This document shows positions 1 to 12,000 of a DNA stretch of 64,000 nt, piece after piece (position 1 is the first letter of the stretch; each line of letters begins with the position of its first letter). The stretch comes from Eledone cirrhosa. Taxonomy: Eukaryota. The stretch lies in the NCBI GenBank assembly GCA_964016885.1, contig OZ024740.1:104098001-104162000 (forward strand), given 5' to 3'. The position numbers were made by a program, and so were the translations under genes. The notes under the pieces are model-generated. The model ran no database searches, was not told where the DNA came from, and was given only the letters and a program-made list of their open reading frames with translations.

Positions 1-3000
1 GGTAGTGTCAGGTGTGGTAGTGTCAGATGTGGTAGTGTCAGGTGTGGTAGTGTCAGGTGTGGTAGTGTCATGTGTGGTAGTGTCAGGTATGGTAGTGTCA
101 TGTGTGGTAGTGTCATGTGTGGTAGAGTCATGTGTGGTGGTGTCAGGTGTAGTAGTGTCAGGTGTGGTAGTGTCAGGTGTGGTAGTGTCAGGTGTAGTAG
201 TGTCAGGTGTGGTAGTGTCAGGTGTGGTAGTGTCAGGTGTAGTAGTGCCAGGTGTGGTAGTGTCAGGTGTAGTAGTGTCAGGTGTGGTAGTGTCAGGTGT
301 GGTAGTGTCAGGTGTGGTAGTGTCAGGTGTGCTAGTGTCATGTGTGGTAGTGTCAGGTGTGGTAGTGTCATGTGTGGAAGTGTCAGGTGTGGTAGTGTCA
401 TGTGTGGTAGTGTCATGTGTGGTAGTGTCAGGTGTGGTAGTGTCAGGTGTGGTAGTGTCAGATGTGGTAGTATCAGGTCTGGTAGTGTCAGGTGTGGTAG
501 TATCAGGTGTGGTAGTGTCAGGTGTAGTAGTGTCAGGTGTGGTAGTGTCAGGTGTGGTAGTGTCATGTGTGGTAGAGTCATGTGTGGTAGTGTCAGGTGT
601 AGTAGTGTCAGGTGTGGTAGTGTCAGGTGTGGTAGTGTCAGGTTTAGTAGTGTCAGGTGTGGTAGTGTCAGGTGTGGTAGTGTCATGTATGGTAGTGTCA
701 TGTGTGGTACTGTCATGTGTGGTAGAGTCATGTGTGGTAGTGTCAGGTGTAGTAGTGTCAGGTGTGGTAGTGTCAGGTGTGGTAGTGTCAGGTGTAGTAG
801 TGTCAGGTGTGGTAGTGTCAGGTGTGGTAGTCTCAGGTGTAGTAGTGTCAGGTGTGGTAGTGTCAGGTGTGGTAGTGTCAGGTGTGGTAGTGTCAGGTGT
901 AGTAGTGTCAGGTGTGGTAGTGTCAGGTGTGGTAGTCTCAGGTGTAGTAGTGTCAGGTGTGGTAGTGTCAGGTGTGGTAGTGTCAGGTGTGGTAGTGTCA
1001 GGTGTGGTAGTGTCAGGTGTGGTAGTGTCAGGTGTGGTAGTGTCAGGTGTGGTAGAGTCATGTGTGGTAGTGTCAGGTGTAGTAGTGTCAGGTGTGGTAG
1101 TGTCAGGTGTGGTAGTGTCAGGTGTAGTAGTGTCAGGTGTGGTAGTGTCAGGTGTGGTAGTCTCAGGTGTAGTAGTGTCAGGTGTGGTAGTGTCAGGTGT
1201 GGTAGTGTCAGGTGTAGTAGTGTCAGGTGTGGTAGTGTCAGGTGTGGTAGTGTCAGGTGTAGTAGTGCCAGGTGTGGTAGTGTCAGGTGTGGTAGTGTCA
1301 GGTGTGGTAGTGTCATGTGTGGAAGTGTCAGGTGTGGTAGTGTCATGTGTGGTAGTGTCATGTGTGGTAGTGTCAGGTGTGGTAGTGTCAGGTGTGGTAG
1401 TGTCAGATGTGGTAGTATCAGGTCTGGTAGTGTCAGGTGTAGTAGTATCAGGTGTGGTAGTGTCAGGTGTAGTAGTGTCAGGTGTGGTAGTGTCAGGTGT
1501 GGTAGTGTCATGTGTGGTAGTGTCAGGTGTGGTAGTGTCAGGTGTGGTAGTGTCAGGTGTGGTAGTGTCAGGTGTGGTAGTGTGATGTGTGGTAGTGTCA
1601 GGTGTGGTAGTGTCAGGTGTGGTAGTGCAGGTGTGGTAGTGTCAGGTGTGGTAGTGTCAGGTGTGGTAGTGTCAGGTGTGGTAGTGTCAGGTGTGGTAGT
1701 GTCAGGTGTGGTAGTGTCAGGTGTGGTAGTGTCAGGTGTGGTAGTGTCAGGTGTGGTAGTGTCAGGTGTGGTAGTGTCAGGTGTGGTAGTGCAGGTGTGG
1801 TAGTGTCAGGTGTGGTAGTATCAGGTGTGGTAGTGTCAGGTGTAGTAGTGTCATGTGTGGTAGTGTCATGTGTGGTAGTGTCAGGTGTGGTAGTGTCAGG
1901 TGTAGTAGTGTCATGTGTGGTAGTGTCATGTGTGGTAGTGTCAGGTGTGGTAGTGTCAGGTGTGGTAGTGTCAGGTGTGGTAGTGTCATGTGTGGTAGTG
2001 TCATGTGTGGTAGTGTCATGTGTGGTAGTGTCAGGTATGGTAGTGTCAGGTGTGGTAGTGTCATGTGTGGTAGTGTCGGGTGTGGAAGTGCCATGTGTGG
2101 TAGTGTCAGGTGTGGTAGTGTCAGGTGTGGTAGTGTCATGTGTGGTAGTGTCGGGTGTGGTAGTGTCATGTGTGGTAGTGTCATGTGTAGTAGTGTCAGG
2201 TGTGGTAGTGTCAGGTGTGGTAGTGTCAGATGTGGTAGTGTCATGCGTGGTAGTGTCATGTGTGGTAGTGTCATGTGTGGTAGTGTCAGGTGTAGTAGTG
2301 TCATGTGTGGTAGTGTCAGGTGTGGTAGTGTCAGGTGTGGTAGTGTCAGGTGTGGTAGTGTCAGGTGTGGTAGTGTCAGGTGTGGTAGTGTCAGGTGTGG
2401 TAGTGTCAGGTGTGGTAGTGCCAGGTGTGGTAGTGTCAGGTGTGGTAGTGTCAGATGTGGTAGTGTCATGTATGGTAGTGTCATGTGTGGTAGTGTCATG
2501 TGTGGTAGTGTCATGTGTGGTAGTGTCAGGTGTAGTAGTGTCAGGTGTGGTAGTGTCAGGTGTGGTAGTGTCAGGTGTAGTAGTGTCAGGTGTGGTAGTG
2601 TCAGGTGTGGTAGTGTCAGGTGTAGTAGTGTCAGGTGTGGTAGTGTCAGGTGTGGTAGTGTCAGGTGTAGTAGTGCCAGGTGTGGTAGTGTCAGGTGTGG
2701 TAGTGTCAGGTGTGGTAGTGTCATGTGTGGTAGTGTCAGGTGTGGTAGTGTCATGTGTGGTAGTGTCATGTGTGGTAGTGTCAGGTGTAGTAGTGTCAGG
2801 TGTGGTAGTGTCAGGTGTGGTAGTGTCAGGTGTGGTAGTGTCAGGTGTAGTAGTGTCAGGTGTGGTAGTGTCAGGTGTGGTAGTGTCAGGTGTGGTAGTG
2901 TCAGGTGTGGTAGTGCAGGTGTGGTAGTGTCAGGTGTGGTAGTGTCAGGTGTGGTAGTGTCAGGTGTGGTAGTGTCAGGTGTGGTAGTGTCAGGTGTGGT

Positions 3001-6000
3001 AGTGTCAGGTGTGGTAGTGTCAGGTGTGGTAGTGTCAGGTGTGGTAGTGTCAGGTGTGGTAGTGTCAGGTGTGGTAGTGTCAGGTGTGGTAGTGTCAGGT
3101 GTGGTAGTGTCAGGTGTGGTAGTGTCAGGTGTGGTAGTGCAGGTGTGGTAGTGTCAGGTGTGGTAGTATCAGGTGTGGTAGTGTCAGGTGTGGTAGTGTC
3201 ATGTGTGGTAGTGTCAGGTGTGGTAGTGTCATGTGTGGTAGTGTCAGGTGTGGTAGTGTCAGGTGTGGTAGTGTCAGGTATGGTAGTGTCAGGTGTGGTA
3301 GTGTCAGGTGTGGTAGTGTCAGGTGTGGTAGTGTCAGGTGTGGTATTGTCAGGTGTGGTAGTGTCAGGTGTAGTAGTGTCAGGTGTGGTAGTGTCAGGTG
3401 TGGTAGTGTCAGGTGTGGTAGTGTCAGATGTGGTAGTGTCATGTGTGGTAGTGTCATGTGTGGTAGTGTCAGGTGTGGTAGTGTCAGGTGTAGTAGTGTC
3501 ATGTGTGGTAGTGTCATGTGTGGTAGTGTCAGGTGTGGTAGTGTCATGTGTGGTAGTGTCATGTGTGGTAGTGTCAGGTGTAGTAGTGTCATGTGTGGTA
3601 GTGTCATGTGTGGTAGTGTCAGGTGTAGTAGTGTCATGTGTGGTAGTGTCATGTGTGGTAGTGTCAGGTGTGGTAGTGTCATGTGTGGTAGTGCCAGGTG
3701 TGGTAGTGTCATGTGTAGTAGTGTCAGGTGTGGTAGTGTCAGGTGTGGTAGTGTCAGGTGTGGTAGTGTCAGGTGTGGTAGTGTCATGTGTGGTAGTGTC
3801 ATGTGTGGTAGTGTCAGGTGTGGTAGTGTCAGGTGTAGTAGTGTCATGTGTGGTAGTGTCATGTGTGGTAGTGTCAGGTGTGGTAGTGTCAGGTGTAGTA
3901 GTGTCATGTGTGGTAGTGTCAGGTGTGGTAGTGTCAGATGTAGTAGTGTCATGTGTGGTAGTGTCAGGTGTGGTAGTGTCAGGTGTGGTAGTGTCAGGTA
4001 TGGTAGTGTCAGGTGTGGTAGTGTCAGGTGTGGTAGTGTCAGGTGTGGTAGTGTCATGTGTGGTAGTGTCAGGTGTGGTAGTGTCAGGTGTAGTAGTGTC
4101 AGGTGTGGTAGTGTCAGGTGTGGTAGTGTCAGGTGTGGTAGTGTCAGGTGTGGTAGTGTCATGTGTGGTAGTGTCAGGTGTGGTAGTGTCAGGTGTGGTA
4201 GTGTCAGGTGTGGTAGTGTCATGTGTGGTAGTGTCAGGTGTGGTAGTGTCAGGTGTGGTATTGTCAGGTGTGGTAGTGTCAGGTGTAGTAGTGTCATGTG
4301 TGGTAGTGTCATGTGTGGTAGTGTCAGGTGTGGTAGTGTCAGGTGTGGTAGTGTCAGGTGTAGTAGTGTCAGGTGTGGTAGTGTCATGTGTGGTAGTGTC
4401 ATGTGTGGTAGTGTCAGGTGTGGTAGTGTCAGGTGTGGTAGTGTCAGGTGTGGTAGTGTCATGTGTGGTAGTGTCATGTGTGGTAGTGTCATGTGTGGTA
4501 GTGTCAGGTGTGGTAGTGTCATGTGTAGTAGTGTCAGGTGTAGTAGTGTCAGGTGTGGTAGTGTCATGTGTGGTAGTGTCATGTGTGGTAGTGTCATGTG
4601 TGGTAGTGTCATGTGTAGTAGTGTCAGGTGTGGTAGTGTCAGGTGTGGTAGTGTCAGATGTGGTAGTGTCATGCGTGGTAGTGTCATGTGTTGTAGTGTC
4701 AGGTGTGGTAGTGTCATGTGTGGTAGTGTCATGTGTGATAGTGTCAGGTGTGGTAGTGTCAGGTGTAGTAGTGTCATGTGTGGTAGTGTCATGTGTGGTA
4801 GTGTCAGGTGTGGTAGTGTCAGGTGTGGTAGTGTCAGGTGTGGTAGTGTCAGGTGTGGTAGTGTCAGGTGTGGTAGTGTCAGGTGTGGTAGTGTCAGGTG
4901 TGGTAGTGCCAGGTGTGGTAGTGTCAGGTGTGGTAGTGTCAGATGTGGTAGTGTCATGTATGGTAGTGTCATGTGTGGTAGTGTCATGTGTGGTAGTGTC
5001 ATGTGTGGTAGTGTCAGGTGTAGTAGTGTCAGGTGTGGTAGTGTCAGGTGTGGTAGTGTCAGGTGTAGTAGTGTCAGGTGTGGTAGTGTCAGGTGTGGTA
5101 GTGTCAGGTGTAGTAGTGTCAGGTCTGGTAGTGTCAGGTGTGGTAGTGTCAGGTGTAGTAGTGTCAGGTGTGGTAGTGTCAGGTGTGGTAGTGTCAGGTG
5201 TAGTAGTGCCAGGTGTGGTAGTGTCAGGTGTGGTAGTGTCAGGTGTGGTAGTGTCATGTGTGGTAGTGTCAGGTGTGGTAGTGTCATGTGTGGTAGTGTC
5301 ATGTGTGGTAGTGTCAGGTGTAGTAGTGTCAGGTGTGGTAGTGTCAGGTGTGGTAGTGTCAGGTGTGGTAGTGTCAGGTGTAGTAGTGTCAGGTGTGGTA
5401 GTGTCAGGTGTGGTAGTGTCAGGTGTGGTAGTGTCAGGTGTGGTAGTGCAGGTGTGGTAGTGTCAGGTGTGGTAGTGTCAGGTGTGGTAGTGTCAGGTGT
5501 GGTAGTGTCAGGTGTGGTAGTGTCAGGTGTGGTAGTGTCAGGTGTGGTAGTGTCAGGTGTGGTAGTGTCAGGTGTGGTAGTGTCAGGTGTGGTAGTGTCA
5601 GGTGTGGTAGTGTCAGGTGTGGTAGTGTCAGGTGTGGTAGTGTCAGGTGTGGTAGTGCAGGTGTGGTAGTGTCAGGTGTGGTAGTATCACGTGTGGTAGT
5701 GTCAGGTGTAGTAGTGTCAGGTGTGGTAGTGTCAGGTGTGGTAGTGTCATGTGTGGTAGTGTCAGGTGTGGTAGTGTCAGGTGTGGTAGTGTCAGGTATG
5801 GTAGTGTCAGGTGTGGTAGTGTCAGGTGTGGTAGTGTCAGGTGTGGTAGTGTCAGGTGTGGTATTGTCAGGTGTGGTAGTGTCAGGTGTAGTAGTGTCAG
5901 GTGTGGTAGTGTCAGGTGTGGTAGTGTCAGGTGTGGTAGTGTCAGATGTGGTAGTGTCATGTGTGGTAGTGTCATGTGTGGTAGTGTCAGGTGTGGTAGT

Positions 6001-9000
6001 GTCAGGTGTAGTAGTGTCATGTGTGGTAGTGTCATGTGTGGTAGTGTCAGGTGTGGTAGTGTTATGTGTGGTAGTGTCATGTGTGGTAGTGTCAGGTGTA
6101 GTAGTGTCATGTGTGGTAGTGTCATGTGTGGTAGTGTCAGGTGTAGTAGTGTCATGTGTGGTAGTGTCATGTGTGGTAGTGTCAGGTGTGGTAGTGTCAT
6201 GTGTGGTAGTGCCAGGTGTGGTAGTGTCATGTGTAGTAGTGTCAGGTGTGGTAGTGTCAGGTGTGGTAGTGTCAGGTGTGGTAGTGTCAGGTGTGGTAGT
6301 GTCATGTGTGGTAGTGTCATGTGTGGTAGTGTCAGGTGTGGTAGTGTCAGGTGTAGTAGTGTCATGTGTGGTAGTGTCATGTGTGGTAGTGTCAGGTGTG
6401 GTAGTGTCAGGTGTAGTAGTGTCATGTGTGGTAGTGTCAGGTGTGGTAGTGTCAGATGTAGTAGTGTCATGTGTGGTAGTGTCAGGTGTGGTAGTGTCAG
6501 GTGTGGTAGTGTCAGGTATGGTAGTGTCAGGTGTGGTAGTGTCAGGTGTGGTAGTGTCAGGTGTGGTAGTGTCATGTGTGGTAGTGTCAGGTGTGGTAGT
6601 GTCAGGTGTAGTAGTGTCAGGTGTGGTAGTGTCAGGTGTGGTAGTGTCAGGTGTGGTAGTGTCAGGTGTGGTAGTGTCATGTGTGGTAGTGTCAGGTGTG
6701 GTAGTGTCAGGTGTGGTAGTGTCAGGTGTGGTAGTGTCATGTGTGGTAGTGTCAGGTGTGGTAGTGTCAGGTGTGGTATTGTCAGGTGTGGTAGTGTCAG
6801 GTGTAGTAGTGTCATGTGTGGTAGTGTCATGTGTGGTAGTGTCAGGTGTGGTAGTGTCAGGTGTGGTAGTGTCAGGTGTAGTAGTGTCAGGTGTGGTAGT
6901 GTCATGTGTGGTAGTGTCATGTGTGGTAGTGTCAGGTGTGGTAGTGTCAGGTGTGGTAGTGTCAGGTGTGGTAGTGTCATGTGTGGTAGTGTCATGTGTG
7001 GTAGTGTCATGTGTGGTAGTGTCGGGTGTGGTAGTGTCATGTGTAGTAGTGTCAGGTGTAGTAGTGTCAGGTGTGGTAGTGTCATGTGTGGTAGTGTCAT
7101 GTGTGGTAGTGTCATGTGTGGTAGTGTCATGTGTGGTAGTGTCATGTGTGGTAGTGTCAGATGTGGTAGTGTCAGGTGTGGTAGTGTCAGGTGTGGTAGT
7201 GTCAGGTGTGGTAGTGTCAGATGTGGTAGTGTCAGGTGTGGTAGTGTCATGTGTGGTAGTGTCAGATGTGGTAGTGTCAGGTGTGGTAGTGTCAGGTGTG
7301 GTAGTGTCAGGTGTGGTAGTGTCAGGTGTGGTAGTGTCAGGTGTGGTAGTGTCAGTTGTGGTAGTGTCAGGTGTAGTAGTGTCAGGTGTGGTAGTGTCAG
7401 GTGTGGTAGTGTCAGGTGTGGTAGTGTCAGGTGTGGTAGTGTCAGGTGTGGTAGTGTCAGGTGTGGTAGTGTCAGGTGTGGTAGTGTCAGGTGTAGTAGT
7501 GTCAGGTGTGGTAGTGTCATGTGTGGTAGTGTCAGGTGTAGTAGTGTCAGGTGTAGTAGTGTCATGTGTGGTAGTGTCAGGTGTAGTAGTGTCAGGTGTA
7601 GTAGTGTCATGTGTGGTAGTGTCATGTGTGGTAGTGTCAGGTGTAGTAGTGTCAGGTGTAGTAGTGTCATGTGTGGTAGTGTCATGTGTGGTAGTGTCAT
7701 GTGTGGTAGTGTCAGGTGTGGTAGTGTCAGGTGTGGTAGTGTCAGGTGTTGTAGTGTCATGTGTGGTAGTGTCATGTGTGGTAGTGTCATGTGTGGTAGT
7801 GTCAGATGTGGTAGTGTCATGTGTGGTAGTGTCATGTGTGGTAGTGTCAGGTGTGGTAGTGTCATGTGTGGTAGTGTCATGTGTGGTAGTGTCATGTGTG
7901 GTAGTGTCAGGTGTGGTAGTGTCAGGTGTGGTAGTGTCAGGTGTGGTAGTGTCATGTGTGGTAGTGTCATGTGTGGTAGTGTCATGTGTGGTAGTGTCAG
8001 GTATGGTAGTGTCAGGTGTGGTAGTGTCAGGTGTGGTAGTGTCATGTGTGGTAGTGTCATGTGTGGTAGTGTCAGGTGTGGTAGTGTCAGGTGTGGTAGT
8101 GTCAGGTGTGGTAGTGTCAGGTGTGGTAGTGTCATGTGTGGTAGTGTCATGTGTGGTAGTGTCATGTGTGGTAGTGTCAGGTGTGGTAGTGTCAGGTGTG
8201 GTAGTGTCAGGTGTGGTAGTGTCAGGTGTGGTAGTGTCAGGTGTGGTAGTGTCATGTGTGGTAGTGTCAGGTGTGGTAGTGTCAGGTGTGGTAGTGTCAG
8301 ATGTGATAGTGTCATGTATGGTAGTGTCAGGTGTGGTAGTGTCAGGTGTGGTAGTGTCATGTGTGGTAGTGTCAGGTGTGGTAGTGTCATGTGTGGTAGT
8401 GTCAGGTGTGGTAGTGTCAGGTGTGGTAGTGTCATGTGTGGTAGTGTCAGATGTGATAGTGTCATGTATGGTAGTGTCAGGTGTGGTAGTGTCAGGTGTG
8501 GTAGTGTCATGTGTGGTAGTGTCAGGTGTAGTAGTGTCAGATGTGATAGTGTCATGTGTGGTAGTGTCATGTGTGGTAGTGTCATGTGTGGTAGTGTCAG
8601 GTGTGGTAGTGTCAGGTGTAGTAGTGTCAGATGTCATAGTGTCATGTGTGGTAGTGTCATGTGTGGTAGTGTCGGGTGTGGTAGTGTCATGTGTGGTAGT
8701 GTCAGGTGTGGTAGTGTCAGATGTGGTAGTGTCATGTGTGGTAGTGTCATGTGTGGTAGTGTCATGTGTGGTAGTGTCATGTGTGGTAGTGTCAGGTGTG
8801 GTAGTGGCATGTGTGGTAGTGGCAGGTGTGGTAGTGTCAGGTGTGGTAGTGGCATGTGTGGTAGTGGCAGGTGTGGTAGTGTCATGTGTGGTAGTGTCAG
8901 ATGTGGTAGTGTCATGTGTGGTAGTGTCATGTGTGGTAGTGTCATGTGTGGTAGTGTAAGGTGTGGTAGTGGCATGTGTGGTAGTGTCATGTGTGGTAGT

Positions 9001-12000
9001 GGCAGGTGTGGTAGTGTCAGGTGTGGTAGTGTCATGTGTGGTAGTGGCAGGTGTGGTAGTGTCAGGTGTGGTAGTGTCAGGTGTAGTAGTGTCAGGTGTG
9101 GTAGTGGCAGGTGTGGTAGTGTCATGTGTGGTAGTGTCATGTGTGGTAGTGTGAGGTGTAGTAGTGTCAGGTGTGGTAGTGTCAGATGTGGTAGTGTCAG
9201 GTGTGGTAGTGTCAGGTGTGGTAGTGTCATGTGTGGTAGTGTGAGGTGTAGTAGTGTCAGGTGTGGTAGTGTCAGATGTGGTAGTGTCATGTGTGGTAGT
9301 GTCATGTGTGGTAGTGTCATGTGTGGTAGTGTCAGGTGTGGTAGTGGCATGTGTGGTAGTGGCAGGTGTGGTAGTGTCAGGTGTGGTAGTGGCATGTGTG
9401 GTAGTGGCAGGTGTGGTAGTGTCAGGTGTGGTAGTGTCAGGTGTGGTAGTGTCAGGTGTGGTAGTGTCAGGTGTAGTAGTGTCAGGTGTGGTAGTGTCAG
9501 ATGTGGTAGTGTCATGTGTGGTAGTGTCATGTGTGGTAGTGTCATGTGTGGTAGTGTCAGGTGTGGTAGTGGCATGTGTGGTAGTGGCAGGTGTGGTAGT
9601 GTCAGGTGTGGTAGTGGCATGTGTGGTAGTGGCAGGTGTGGTAGTGTCAGGTGTGGTAGTGTCAGGTGTGGTAGTGTCAGGTGTGGTAGTGTCAGGTGTA
9701 GTAGTGTCAGGTGTGGTAGTGTCAGGTGTGGTAGTGTCAGGTGTGGTAGTGTCAGGTGTGGTAGTGTCATGTGTGGTAGTGTCAGGTGTGGTAGTGTCAG
9801 GTGTGGTAGTGTCATGTGTGGTAGTGTCAGGTGTGGCAGTGTCAAGTGTAGTAGTGTCAGGTGTGGTAGTGTCAGGTGTGGTAGTGTCATGTGTGGTAGT
9901 GTCAGGTGTGGTAGTGTCATGTGTGGTAGTGTCATGTATGGTAGTGTCAGGTGGTAGTGTCAGGTATGGTAGTGTCAGGTGTAGTAGTGTCATGTGTGGT
10001 AGTGTCAGGTGTGGTAGTGTCATGTGTGGTAGTGTCATGTATGGTAGTGTCAGGTGGTAGTGTCAGGTGTGGTAGTGTCAGGTGTAGTAGTGTCAGGTGT
10101 GGTAGTGTCAGGTGTGGTAGTGTCATGTGTGGTAGTGTCATGTATGGTAGTGTCAGGTGGTAGTGTCAGGTGTGGTAGTGTCAGGTGTAGTAGTGTCATG
10201 TGTGGTAGTGTCAGGTGTGGTAGTGTCATGTGTGGTAGTGTCAGGTGTGGTAGTGTCATGTGTGGTAGTGTCAGGTGTGGTAGTGTCATGTGTGGTAGTG
10301 TCAGGTGTAGTAGTGTCAGGTGTGGTAGTGTCAGGTGTGGTAGTGTCATGTGTGGTAGTGTCAGGTGTGGTAGTGTCATGTATGGTAGTGTCAGGTGGTA
10401 GTGTCAGGTGTGGTAGTGTCAGGTGTAGTAGTGTCATGTGTGGTAGTGTCAGGTGTGGTAGTGTCATGTGTGGTAGTGTCATGTATGGTAGTGTCAGGTG
10501 GTAGTGTCAGGTGTGGTAGTGTCAGGTGTAGTAGTGTCAGGTGTGGTAGTGTCAGGTGTGGTAGTGTCATGTGTGGTAGTGTCAGATGTGGTAGTGTCAG
10601 GTGTAGTAGTGTCTGGTGTAGTAGTGTCTGGTGTGGTAGTGTCAGGTGTGGTAGTGTCATGTGTGGTAGTGTCAGGTGTAGTAGTGTCTGGTGTAGTAGT
10701 GTCTGGTGTAGTAGTGTCTGGTGTGGTAGTGTCAGGTGTGGTAGTGTCAGGTGTGGTAGTGTCATGTGTGGTAGTGTCAGGTGTGGTAGTGTCAGGTGTA
10801 GTAGTGTCTGGTGTAGTAGTGTCTGGTGTGGTAGTGTCAGGTGTGGTAGTGTCATGTGTGGTAGTGTCAGGTGTAGTAGTGTCAGGTGTAGTAGTGTCTG
10901 GTGTAGTAGTGTCTGGTGTGGTAGTGTCAGGTGTGGTAGTGTCAGGTGTGGTAGTGTCAGGTGTGGTAGTGTCAGGTGTGGTAGTGTCAGGTGTAGTAGT
11001 GTCTGGTGTAGTAGTGTCTGGTGTGGTAGTGTCAGGTGTGGTAGTGTCATGTGTGGTAGTGTCAGGTGTGGTAGTGTCAGGTGTGGTAGTGTCAGGTGTG
11101 GTAGAGTAAGGTGTAGTAGTGTCAGGTGTGGTAGTGTCAGGTGTGGTAGTGTCATGTGTGGTAGTGTCAGGTGTAGTAGTGTCATGTGTGGTAGTGTCAT
11201 GTGTGGTAGTGTCAGGTGTGGTAGTGTCAGGTGTGGTAGTGTCAGGTGTGGTAGTGTCAGGTGTGGTAGTGTCAGGTGTGGTAGTGTCAGGTGTAGTAGT
11301 GTCAGGTGTGGTAGTGTCATGTGTGGTAGTGTCAGGTGTAGTAGTGTCATGTGTGGTAGTGTCATGTGTGGTAGTGTCAGGTGTGGTAGTGTCAGGTGTG
11401 GTAGTGTCAGGTGTGGTAGTGTCAGGTGTGGCAGTGTCGGGTGTGGTAGTGTCATGTGTGGTAGTGTCAGGTGTGGTAGTGTCATGTGTGGTAGTGTCAG
11501 GTGTGGTAGTGTCAGGTGTGGTAGTGTCAGGTGTGGTAGTGTCAGGTGTGGTAGTGTCAGGTGTGGTAGTGTCAGGTGTGGTAGTGTCAGGTGTAGTAGT
11601 GTCCGTGTGGTAGTGTCAGGTGTGGTAGTGTCAGGTGTAGTAGTGTCAGGTGTGGTAGTGTCAGGTGTGGTAGTGTCATGTGTAGTAGTGTCAGGTGTGG
11701 TAGTGTCAGGTGTGGTAGTGTCAGGTGTAGTAGTGTCAGGTGTGGTAGTGTCAGGTGTGGTAGTGTCAGGTGTAGTAGTGTCCGTGTGGTAGTGTCAGGT
11801 GTGGTAGTGTCAGGTGTAGTAGTGTCAGGTGTGGTAGTGTCAGGTGTGGTAGTGTCAGGTGTAGTAGTGTCAGGTGTGGTAGTGTCAGGTGTGGTAGTGT
11901 CAGGTGTAGTAGTGTCAGGTGTGGTAGTGTCAGGTGTGGTAGTGTCAGGTGTAGTAGTGTCAGGTGTGGTAGTGTCAGGTGTAGTAGTGTCATGTGTGGT

